From a bacterium (lineage in GTDB: Bacteria > Bacteroidota > Bacteroidia > Bacteroidales > WCHB1-69), in the NCBI GenBank assembly GCA_963643165.1, contig CAVIJD010000003.1, positions 9,213 through 73,212 of the forward strand: DNA of 64,000 bases, in the 5' to 3' direction. The notes beneath the pieces were generated by a model. That model did no database searches and was not told the origin of the DNA. It saw only the letters and a program-made list of their open reading frames with translations. Of this stretch, positions 24,969 through 34,000 are shown one piece after another. The translations under genes were made by a program, and so were the position numbers. Numbering within the stretch: position 1 is the stretch's first letter; each line of letters opens with the position of its first letter.

Positions 24969-26462
24969 TTATTGTTTCATGATTTTAATGTTTTGTCCGT
25001 TGACGCTGAGCAGATAGAAGCCATTTTCGAGGCTGCTCAGGTCGATGGTGGTGTTGCCGTTCATCTGCTCGGTGCGAACCAGCTTGCCCGAGATGTCATA
25101 GAGGTACGCCACAGTCACTGTTTCGCCGCAGACGATGGTACAGCGGTCGGACACGGGGTTGGGATAGACGGCGATGTGGGCTTTTTCGGCAGGGTTCTCT
25201 CTGACGGCGGCAGGCATCCAGCCGTTGAGCACGGCCACACCCGACAAGTCAAAGCCGCTGCTGGCGAATGGGGTGGGGTAAGGGTCGTTGATGATTTGCC
25301 CGTACTGGTCGCGGGTGCCGTATTGCGGGTCAATGGAGCCTACGACATCCACAAGTCGCACGTGTGTGATGTTGTTGATGTCGATGCCAGTGCTGTCGGC
25401 AAGCTGCGCCAAGTCAAAGGGCGTTCCCCAGCCGATGCGGTACTTGCCGGCGAGGTTGTTGATTTTGGTGGCGTCAACGCTGCCGCCATTGCCGATTTGT
25501 GTGCTGTCTTGTGTGTTTGAGGTGGCGGGAAAGCGAACATAACGCTCACCGTCAGAACTTACTTCCACGAAGGCCAACTCCAAGAAGGTATCGTTCAGTG
25601 CGTTCTCGAATACGGCAAAGTCGTAGCCGTCGCCGTCCTGAATGGGCAGGCTGAAGGTGAGCACGGCCGTGCCGCCGTCGCCAAGGCTAACCACACCGCT
25701 GGTGGTGACGCTCGAGGCTGCCCCAATGCCGTCTTCTTCAGTGCCGTAGGTGGCTAAAACGGAAGGGATGGCGATGTCTTGATAGCCGCGCGTGATTTGG
25801 CATCCCGTGGCCCAGCCTAAGATGGTGGGGTCTTCGCAATGGATGGCCTGACACCCCGGCGTGCCTACAATGCCGTCAAACAGCGTGTCAGGAGAGATGG
25901 GCGTTGGCGGTGTAGGGGGCGTAGGGGGCGTGACGGTGTCCGGGACCTGATTTGGGTCGCTTACATAGTAGAGGGTGGCATTGTCAAAGGTGCAGTCGCC
26001 CCATTCCTGCAGACTGAAGTCTGCACCGGTCTGCAATTGGTCGCCAAGTCCGCTGTACCAATGGTCTCCGCTTGAGTAGGTCAACATTCCGCCAGTGATG
26101 GCGAGGTTGTAGGCGGAGTCTTGATAGGTTACGCTTTCTACCCAACTGGTGACGCTTACGTTGATACGGCTGTCGGCAGCATTCAGTTCGTTGAAAAACT
26201 CCTGTACGGTCTTCGAGCCGTTCCAGGCATAGCCGTAAACTACCCCGACGGGATTGTCATTGTTGCAAAAGTAGAAACCTGCGGCAATGCGGTTGCTGCC
26301 TTGCCCGACCCAATATTGGATTTGTGCAGTGTCAACTACGGTCGTGACGGCTTTGACACCAGGCCTGAATTTGGCCCCGCCGTTCTGGTACGGGTACGGC
26401 GTCTGGGCAGAAAGGATACTTGCAAGAAACAGGATTGCAAGAAATAAGATGTTCTTTTTCAT
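24969..26462 (-). CDS. T9SS-sorted (type A CTD) secreted protein of unknown function, two domains joined by a Pro/Thr linker
   Basis: 497 aa with signal peptide MKKNILFLAILFLASILSAQ. The linker is PDTVTPPTPPTPPTPISPD. The C-terminal VYPNPVSDRCTIV...LYDISGKLV...LENGFYLLSVNGQNIKIMKQ is a T9SS CTD. The gene is last in the riboswitch-controlled unit. Confidence 0.7.
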   Translation of the reverse strand: MKKNILFLAILFLASILSAQTPYPYQNGGAKFRPGVKAVTTVVDTAQIQYWVGQGSNRIAAGFYFCNNDNPVGVVYGYAWNGSKTVQEFFNELNAADSRINVSVTSWVESVTYQDSAYNLAITGGMLTYSSGDHWYSGLGDQLQTGADFSLQEWGDCTFDNATLYYVSDPNQVPDTVTPPTPPTPPTPISPDTLFDGIVGTPGCQAIHCEDPTILGWATGCQITRGYQDIAIPSVLATYGTEEDGIGAASSVTTSGVVSLGDGGTAVLTFSLPIQDGDGYDFAVFENALNDTFLELAFVEVSSDGERYVRFPATSNTQDSTQIGNGGSVDATKINNLAGKYRIGWGTPFDLAQLADSTGIDINNITHVRLVDVVGSIDPQYGTRDQYGQIINDPYPTPFASSGFDLSGVAVLNGWMPAAVRENPAEKAHIAVYPNPVSDRCTIVCGETVTVAYLYDISGKLVRTEQMNGNTTIDLSSLENGFYLLSVNGQNIKIMKQ

Positions 26463-26508
26463 AGCGTTTTTTGATTTTTGTTTGTTATAATGAATGTTAG
26501 ATGTCTGA

Positions 26509-27576
26509 TTAGTATTTCACCAATATTGTTCCCGGATTCAGCCCGACGGCAAACGAAAATTTCTTTTTCCCGTTCTTGTCAAAGCAGTAAACGTCCCCGT
26601 TGACGGTGAAGTCGTAGGCATCGGAGATGTAAACGTCCCCGTTGAGTTGATTGACGGCGATGCCGTAGGGGCGTTTGAGCGTTGTGCCGTCGGTGACGAA
26701 ATTCTCAGTGACGATGCCGTCGCTCTCCAAGTCCATCACCTTGATCCAGTTGTTGTAGTTGTTGTAGTCGCTGTAGTAAAGATAGGCGTATTTGCCGGCG
26801 ATGGCAAAGTTGAGCACCTCCCAGTTGTATGTTCTGATGACCTCGTCGGTTGCAGCATCGATTTTCTGAAAGTTGTATGACTCGGAGCCGTAATTCCCGC
26901 GGGAGGCCACATAGACGTATTTGTCGTCGTAACTTTGTATGATGTAAGGGTTTGTGGCGACTTCTATGGTGCGCAGCAGGGTAAAGGTGGACAGGTCGAA
27001 TACGGAGACCGTTTTGCCGTAGTTGGGAGCATTGAGGCCGCCGGAGTTGGCAACGTACAGTTTGCCGTTGCAGACGCAGACGCCCTCGGGGTTGCTGCCC
27101 GAGTGCGCCGTGGCATCTACGGTCAGGGTGGCGGTGTCGATGCGCACGATGTCGCCGTCAAAGCAGCTGACGTATGCTTTGTCGCGGTAAAAGGTCAGCC
27201 GCCGCGGCTGCTTGCCGTTCAGTTGGATGGCCTTGATGGACTTGGCATCCGACGGGTTCATCACATCCACACGGTTTGAGTTGTTGATGACGCAGTACAA
27301 CTTGCCGCCGTATAGTTGCAGGTCGTTGCCGGTGTCGCCAAGGCCGCGTCCGTTGCTCTCAAGAAAGATGTCATTCGTCAAGTTGTTGGCGGTGAAGTCA
27401 TAGTAGGTCAGCGTGCTGTTGTTATGCTGGTAGAGCCCCTCATTGAGCACATAGACCCCCTCCGCCTGGTAATCGACTGGCGGGGTGTTAGGGGTTTGAG
27501 GCTCGGGCGGGTTGCAGGATGCCGCAAGCCAGATGCCCAAAAGGAGAAATACGGTTCGCTTTAATGTCAGTTTCAT
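26509..27576 (-). CDS. YncE/DUF5074-like beta-propeller surface lipoprotein (BtuG-like candidate)
   Basis: ORF 26509..27600. The likely start is the ATG at 27576 (MKLTLKRTVFLLLGIWLAASC lipobox). Blade-like repeats recur: VYVLNEG, LYCVINNSNRVDVM, AYVSCFDGDIVRID, LYVANSGG, VYVASRGNYG, DVYISDAYD. The gene is directly downstream of a cobalamin riboswitch. Confidence 0.7.
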   Translation of the reverse strand: MKLTLKRTVFLLLGIWLAASCNPPEPQTPNTPPVDYQAEGVYVLNEGLYQHNNSTLTYYDFTANNLTNDIFLESNGRGLGDTGNDLQLYGGKLYCVINNSNRVDVMNPSDAKSIKAIQLNGKQPRRLTFYRDKAYVSCFDGDIVRIDTATLTVDATAHSGSNPEGVCVCNGKLYVANSGGLNAPNYGKTVSVFDLSTFTLLRTIEVATNPYIIQSYDDKYVYVASRGNYGSESYNFQKIDAATDEVIRTYNWEVLNFAIAGKYAYLYYSDYNNYNNWIKVMDLESDGIVTENFVTDGTTLKRPYGIAVNQLNGDVYISDAYDFTVNGDVYCFDKNGKKKFSFAVGLNPGTILVKY

Positions 27577-27689
27577 TTCCTTCGCATTTTTTATCCACAA
27601 ATATGCTTCGGGGAAAGTGGAAACTGCTCTGGACGGAATGTCCTGAAGTTTTTCTCGCCACGACCAGCCTACCTCCCGAAGCGGTCAAC

Positions 27690-27845
27690 AACTGTCTGCA
27701 GGCAGGTTTTCTGACTTGTTTCTTCCGCAATGTCTTCCCATCATGCGACAGTGACAAAGGTACTGCGGAAACGTATGAAACTTACAGCAGCGGGTACTGT
27801 ACAGGATTTGCACCTGTTTCCCTTTCAGAAATTCGCTTATGCGAA
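27690..27845 (-). promoter_or_regulatory. Cobalamin (B12) riboswitch aptamer
   Basis: The rc of 27781-27830 is TTCTGAAAGGGAAACAGGTGCAAATCCTGTACAGTACCCGCTGCTGTAAG (conserved GGGAA / GGUGnAAAUCC / CCCGCnnCUGU core). The rc of 27701-27717 is AAGTCAGAAAACCTGCC (B12 box). CACTGTCGCATGATGGGAAGAC lies between them. Confidence 0.8.
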
Positions 27846-27866
27846 CTCTTCACCTGAAAACGGCGA

Positions 27867-27874
27867 CAAAAATA
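27867..27874 (-). promoter_or_regulatory. -7 promoter box (rc TATTTTTG) driving the riboswitch leader
   Basis: + strand caaaaata; the reverse complement matches TAnnTTTG. It lies between the TBDR stop (27893-27895) and the aptamer. Confidence 0.5.
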
Positions 27875-27892
27875 GAAAAAAAAGTGTCCGGT

Positions 27893-30379
27893 TCAGAACT
27901 CTACAGAAAATTTAACATTGACAAGCCGTCCGGTCAGGTAGTTGGGCACGGGATATCTGTTGTTGTCGATGTCAGAGAACCACGAATAGGAGGAGATGTT
28001 GTTGATGCCGAGGAGGTTGAAAACCTCGATATAGACACCGGCGTTTTTGATGCTGCGGACGAATTTCGACTTGTTGCGCATACGGTCGCGGCTCTGTTCC
28101 AGAATCATGAACGAAAAGCCGAGGTCTATGCGGCGGTACCAGGTGTGGTCGCGCAGCCGCTGGTAGGTGACGCCGTCGTCGGGACCGTAAGGCAAGCCGG
28201 TGGCAAAAACGAAATTAAGGTGCGCCCTGAACTGCGGGTATCCGGGGATGTGGTCTTGAAAGAAGAGGTTGAAGGCAAATCGTTGGTCGGTGGGGCGCGG
28301 AATGTAGCCCGTCTGCGCGGTTTCCCCGTCAACGTCGGTGTAGGTGATGTTCTCTTCCGTCTTCAGCAGTGAGACGGAGAGCCACGACTCGAGGCCGCGT
28401 ATGAACTCGCCGCTGACTTTGAGGTCCAGTCCGGTGGCGTACCCCACGGCGTCGTTTTCGCCACTGTAGGTGATGCGCACGTTGTCAACGTTGTAGGAGA
28501 TGAGCCGGTCAAGGTATTTGTAATAGGCTTCGGCGGTGAATTTGAATGGCCGCCGCCACAGGCTGAAGTTATATTCGCTGCCCAGCACAACTTGGAAAGA
28601 GCGCTGCGAGCGGATGTCCGGGTTGAGTGTTCCGTCACGGTGACGCATTTCGCGATAGAATGCCGGCTGGTAATAGAGGCCGGTGCGCAGCGAAAACAGC
28701 CAGTCGTGCCGCCATTGCGGGTTGTAGATGAAGGAGAGACGGGGCGAGACGGTGAACTCTTTTTTGTTGTAGGTCCAATAGTGAAAGCGCACGCCGCCGT
28801 TCAGCATGTAGTGCGGCATGCTGTCGCCGTCGATGTTCCACTGGTCTTGTATGAAGCCGGAGAAGCGGAATGTGCTCAAGCGGTTGGCGGACTGCAGGAA
28901 GCTGTTGTCTCCAAAGATGAGCCGGCGCGACGGGTCGTCCAACGGCACGTCTATGCCTATGGTCTCCTGTATGAAAGGCAGGGTATAGCCGGCGGAGTCG
29001 TTCATAGTCCACTCGCGGATGCGGTCGTCGATGTACTCGTGCTGCGCCTTTACTCCCCAGCTGATCGTGTTGGATGCCGGCAAGGTGTGCTCGCCGCGCA
29101 GGTCGGCGGCGGATACTATGGAGGTGATGTAGTTGCGGGCATGCTCCAGATAGCTGCCGATACCCCGGGTGTAGGTTTCATTGACGGTGCCCTCGGCAAT
29201 GTCAAGCTCAATGTCGCTGAAACGGTATTGCCCTAAGATGTCGTAGGTTTCGCTCTCTTGGGCATAGTAGGACGAGAAGGTCAGTTTCAGGCGGTTCCGA
29301 CGGTTCGGCGTGTAGGCGAACGTGAGCCCGCCGAGGTAGTTTTCGTAACGGTCCACCTCCTGCCCCTCAAAATAGACGGTGAACTGCTTGAAGTCGGAGA
29401 TGGAGCCGAAGCGCGTCTGCTTGTTGGACGGCTGGTAGATGTAGCTGTTGCGGGTGAAGATGCCCAGCAGGCTGATGCTGAACTTGTCGGTGATGTCCCA
29501 CTTGAGGAGCATCTGCGTGTCGAAGAAGCGCGGTTTGTAGTCGCCCGTGTCGCCGCTTACGCGCATGGATTTCAGGAGGTAGGCGTTCGACTTGAAGCGA
29601 GCGCCGACGAGGAACGAGAAGCAGCTGTCAACACGCCCCTCGGCGTGGACGGACGCGCCGAGCAGACTGGCGGAGACGGAGCCGCCGTACTGCGTGGGCT
29701 CTTTGTACTGCACGTCAAGCACCGACGACATCTTGTCGCCGTACTTGGCCTCGAAGCCGCCGGCAGAGAAGACAACGTTGCCCGTAAGGTCGGGATTTAC
29801 AAAACTCATGCCCTCTTGCTGGGCGTTGCGCACCAGAAAAGGCCGGTATATCTGGATGTCGTTGACGAAGACAAGGTTTTCGTCATAGTTGCCGCCGCGC
29901 ACATTGTACTGCGAACTCAATTCGTTGGACGAGGAGGTGCCGGGCAGCATCTTGATGAGCGACTCCATGCCGCCCGTGGCAGACGGCATCTGAAACGACA
30001 ACCGGGGATTTACCCGCACATAGCCGTTCTCACTGCGGCTCTGTATGTTCACTTGCTCCAAACGGTTGCCCACAGTGGCAAGCACAACCATAAGCACGGC
30101 GGTCTCCTTGGACTTGAGACGCATGTTGAGCAGGGTGTCTTTGTGGCTGATCTGCTGAAAATAGAGACGTAAGTCGGTTTCGGCAGGCACACTTAACGAG
30201 AACTGCCCGTAGTCGTTGGTGATGGTCTGGAGACTGTGGTCCAACACGCGGATGACGACGTTTTCAATAGGTTGGCCATATTCGTCAACAACAGACCCCT
30301 TTACGATGGCCTTCTGCCCGTAAGTTGTACCGGCAAACAGCATCGTTGCGAAGAGCAGAAACAATATTCTATGTCTCAA
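27893..30379 (-). CDS. TonB-dependent receptor with N-terminal carboxypeptidase-regulatory-like domain
   Basis: ORF 27893..30430. KAIVKGSVVDEYGQPIENVVIRVLD is a CarboxypepD_reg-like domain, followed by plug (VRGGNYDENLVFVNDIQIYRP) and barrel regions ending ...LVNVKFSVEF. There is no ATG upstream of the signal peptide. Candidate starts are TTG at 30379 (giving (M)RHRILFLLFATMLFAGTTYGQ) or TTG at 30430. Confidence 0.85.
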   Translation of the reverse strand: MRHRILFLLFATMLFAGTTYGQKAIVKGSVVDEYGQPIENVVIRVLDHSLQTITNDYGQFSLSVPAETDLRLYFQQISHKDTLLNMRLKSKETAVLMVVLATVGNRLEQVNIQSRSENGYVRVNPRLSFQMPSATGGMESLIKMLPGTSSSNELSSQYNVRGGNYDENLVFVNDIQIYRPFLVRNAQQEGMSFVNPDLTGNVVFSAGGFEAKYGDKMSSVLDVQYKEPTQYGGSVSASLLGASVHAEGRVDSCFSFLVGARFKSNAYLLKSMRVSGDTGDYKPRFFDTQMLLKWDITDKFSISLLGIFTRNSYIYQPSNKQTRFGSISDFKQFTVYFEGQEVDRYENYLGGLTFAYTPNRRNRLKLTFSSYYAQESETYDILGQYRFSDIELDIAEGTVNETYTRGIGSYLEHARNYITSIVSAADLRGEHTLPASNTISWGVKAQHEYIDDRIREWTMNDSAGYTLPFIQETIGIDVPLDDPSRRLIFGDNSFLQSANRLSTFRFSGFIQDQWNIDGDSMPHYMLNGGVRFHYWTYNKKEFTVSPRLSFIYNPQWRHDWLFSLRTGLYYQPAFYREMRHRDGTLNPDIRSQRSFQVVLGSEYNFSLWRRPFKFTAEAYYKYLDRLISYNVDNVRITYSGENDAVGYATGLDLKVSGEFIRGLESWLSVSLLKTEENITYTDVDGETAQTGYIPRPTDQRFAFNLFFQDHIPGYPQFRAHLNFVFATGLPYGPDDGVTYQRLRDHTWYRRIDLGFSFMILEQSRDRMRNKSKFVRSIKNAGVYIEVFNLLGINNISSYSWFSDIDNNRYPVPNYLTGRLVNVKFSVEF

Positions 30380-30448
30380 TGTCAGGTGTCTGTTTTTTTG
30401 CTGAAAAATATATACGGCCAAATTCCGCAATTATTGCATGACGGGGTG

Positions 30449-30489
30449 CAAAAAAAAACTGCTGCAACAGGAACTCCATTACAGCAGTT
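30449..30489 (-). terminator. Rho-independent terminator after rpmB
   Basis: The minus strand reads AACTGCTG..(loop)..CAGCAGTT (30489-30482 / 30464-30457), followed by T8 (rc of A-run 30451-30458). Confidence 0.7.
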
Positions 30490-30517
30490 GTGGCTTTTCT
30501 GAAAAGAACGAATCTTT

Positions 30518-30751
30518 TTAGAGGTTACCTTTCTCTGCGGCTTCTACCAGACATTGGAAGATGCCTTTCTTGTTGATGTTGCGCATGCCATGTGCAGAAA
30601 CCTTGAGATAAATCCATTCGTCCAACTCGGGAACGTAGAATTTCTTTGTATGCAGATTGGGCTTGAATGTTCTTTTTGTTTTGATATTAGAGTGGGATAC
30701 GTTATTTCCGACCACTGCTTTCTTACCTGTAATTTGACAAACTCGTGACAT
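30518..30751 (-). CDS. rpmB: 50S ribosomal protein L28
   Basis: The true start is [33 protein letters not shown]... at 30751. The upstream part of the 101-aa ORF is a spurious extension. Confidence 0.92.
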   Translation of the reverse strand: MSRVCQITGKKAVVGNNVSHSNIKTKRTFKPNLHTKKFYVPELDEWIYLKVSAHGMRNINKKGIFQCLVEAAEKGNL

Positions 30752-30797
30752 TTCTATTCCTTTTTTATTGTTATAATCGTATTTGTGATTCGGGCGG

Positions 30798-30805
30798 CAA
30801 AAATA
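30798..30805 (-). promoter_or_regulatory. -7 promoter box (rc TATTTTTG) for rpmB
   Basis: + strand caaaaata, 47 nt upstream of the ATG at 30751. Confidence 0.5.
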
Positions 30806-30974
30806 CAAAAAAAACAATATCACCCGATTGCCTGCAAAATTTTTATTTTCAGCTTGACTCCGAAAGGATAATGAAGCCTTTGAGGAAGCATAAAACCGCC
30901 CAATTTCAGACCTTAATCCGCAGTGTTTTTTGTGGGGCGTGCCGTCAGCATAGCCTCCCGTGTCTATTTTTTTC

Positions 30975-30982
30975 TATTTTTG
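30975..30982 (+). promoter_or_regulatory. -7 promoter box TATTTTTG for the C25 peptidase gene
   Basis: Exact TAnnTTTG, 58 nt upstream of the ATG at 31040. Confidence 0.5.
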
Positions 30983-31039
30983 CACGTTTTTCCAAAAACG
31001 ACAATATTAATAGTAACGTTAAATAAATAAGATAGTTAG

Positions 31040-34000
31040 ATGAAAAAATCATTCATTTTGTTTTGGGCACTGCTGCTTTTTGTATTCAGTGCATCTGCCC
31101 AACATTATGCCGTAAAGCAGAACGGTTACAGCAGAGTGGAAATCTCATTCACGCCGGGCAAGATTACGCCCCAGACGGTGAAAGAGGCCGGTGGCGTTTA
31201 TACGAAAATCACGATGGAAGACTATAGCCTGAGCACGCGTGAGGGCTATCCGCAACTCCCGATGATGAGCAAACTGATTGAGATTCCGGTTTGCGACTCT
31301 GTAGTGGCCCAGATCACCCACAGCGCATACGATGAGTACGATGCGGCAGAACTTGGCATTACCGCCCCCATCTATCCCGTTCAGCACGCTTACTCGAAGT
31401 CGTACAAAGGAGAACGCTCTTTCACGAAAAACAACGAGATCTATAGCCTCAACAGTTTTTATTCAGAGCCGATAGTGCGCGTGGAGAAGTCGGGAACAAT
31501 GCGCGACGTAACGATGGCCTGCATCATGGTGTCGCCCGTGGCCTACAATCCCGTGACGAACCGCATCCGTGTCTATCGTGAAATTGACGTGGCCGTGTCG
31601 CCCGTAAATGCAGACCTCCCCGCCACCTACGAACTCAAGAGCAAGTTGGGCAGTCCGCTGTTCAAACTGGCTTCCGAAGCGGTCATCAATCCGATAACCG
31701 ACATCCGTACGGAGTTCACGGCCGCTCCCATCAAATACCTGATTATCGCCAACTCGATGTTTTCGGGCAACGAGAACCTCAACAATTTCGTACAATGGAA
31801 AAAACGCTTGGGATACCTTGTGGAGGTGGCCTATACCAGCGATGCCAACGTGGGCACAACCACAACGTCTATCAAAAACTATATCCTGAGCCATTACAAC
31901 AATGCCACACCCGAAAATCCCGCCCCTACATTTCTGCTGCTCATCGGCGATGTGGCCCAGGTGCCGGCATTCGACAGCCAGGTTTCCGGTAGCGACCATG
32001 TGACAGACCTCTATTATGCTACGTGGACCACCGGCGACAACCTCCCCGACTGCTATTATGGCCGTTTTTCTGCCCGTAACATTTCCGAACTGACCCCCCA
32101 AATCGAAAAGTCGCTGATGTATGAACAATACACGATGCCCGACCCCTCCTATCTGGGCACCGCCATCCTGATTGCCGGCACAGACAGCTATTGGTCGCCC
32201 ACCCACGCACAGGGACAGGTCAACTACATCTACAATAATTATGTCAACACATCGTCTTCAACCCATAATTACACGACAGTTTTGAAGCACGACTACGACT
32301 GCAGCAGCCAGGCCGCCACCATCCGCAGCGAGATCAGTGCCGGTGCCGGCTGGGTCAACTACACCGCCCATGGCGCCGAGGAGGAGTGGTACAGTCCCTC
32401 GTTCACTGTGTCGCAAATTTCCTCCCTGGCCAATGCCGGCAAGTATGGCCTGATGATTGGCAACTGCTGTCTTACGGGCAAGTTTGACGAAGCCAACTGC
32501 TTCGGTGAGGCTTTGATGCGTGCCAGCAACAAAGGCGCGTTGGCTTATATCGGCGGCTCTAACGTCACCTACTGGGACGAGGATGTCTATTGGGCCGTCG
32601 GCGTGCGCAACAACATAAACGCCAACATGACCTACTCCTCGTCGAATCTTGGCGCTTACGACCGTATCTTCCATACCCACAATGAAACGCACGACAAATG
32701 GAGCACCACCATCGGTGGCTATATGGAAGGCGGAAACCTCGCGGTGCAGTCTTCAACCTCGTCTCGGAAAAAATATTACTGGGAGGTCTATCACACATTT
32801 GGCGACCCCTCCATCCGTCCTTATCTGGGCATCCCGAACACGATGAACGTTTCCTGTTCTGACGTGCTGACCGTGGGACAGAACTCTTTGGTGGTGACGG
32901 CCGCACCCGCCTACGCATACGTGGCATTGACGCACAACAACGACTTTGTGGCCGCCGCTTTCGCAGATGCTAACGGCGAGGCTACGCTCTCCTTTGACGC
33001 GCTCAGCGAGCCCGGACAGTATGAGTTGGCCGTCGGCGCACAAAACTATGTCCAGTATTTCAAGACTATCTCGGTCATTGTCCCCGACGGTCCCTATATT
33101 ACCGCTTCAAATGTGCAGTTGAACGGCATCGCTGAGGTGGGCACAACCGTCACCTGGAATCTTTCCGTCAAGAACTTGGGCGTCTCTGCCGCCTCTACCG
33201 TGTATGCCAAGATGACCACTTCCGCACAGGGCGTCACGCTGGTGCAGGACTCTGTCTATATCGGCAATGTGGCCGTTGATGAGACGAAAGCCCTCCAGAA
33301 CGCCTTCAGCGCCGCCATTTCAGGATCCTTGGAAGACGAGACCCCTGTAACATTCAATGTCACCGTGTATTGGGGATCCGGTCACTCTGACAAAGCCATC
33401 TCAGAACGTGCCGCCGCACCCAAACTCGTGGTGGCCGCAAACCGCATCTCTCCCCAGACAATAACCCCCGGCAGCATGGTGACGGTTGAGATTGACAATA
33501 AAAACGAAGGCCATGCCGCACTGCCGTTTGCCATCGTGGACCTCACCTCCAACTATACCGGCGCAAGGGTGATCTCACCCTCCTACTATATGTACGCACT
33601 GCAGCCCGACCAGACAACGACCAACACCTTCACGGTGAAAGTCGCCGACAATGTGCCCGACAACGCTATCATACCGCTTTACTACCATAGGGTGATAGGC
33701 TCGTCGCATACAATCGATACCTTATTTATGCTGGTAGGCACATGTACCGAAGACTTTGAAACCGGCGACTTCTCGACGCGCTTTGAATGGGACAACACTT
33801 CGGCCTATCCGTGGACAGTCACTTCAGCCCAGAAACATAGCGGAAACTATAGCATGCGCTCAAAAGAGGACCTTGCCCACAACAAAACATCCACTCTCGA
33901 ACTGACAGCCACTTCCATCATGGACGGCGAATTCTCCTATTTCCGGAAAGTTTCAACGGAAGCCAATTACGACAAGTTCAAATTCTATGTGGATAACGTG

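Noticed and set aside
25880-25935. Short tandem GTAGGGGGC repeats, considered as a microsatellite or CRISPR-like repeat
   Set aside because: There are only 2-3 copies. They are in frame and encode the PTPPTPPTP interdomain linker of the T9SS cargo protein.
28592-30172. 214-aa and 304-aa + strand ORFs inside the TonB-dependent receptor gene
   Set aside because: They are antisense artefacts. The minus frame has plug and barrel motifs and the terminal aromatic residue.
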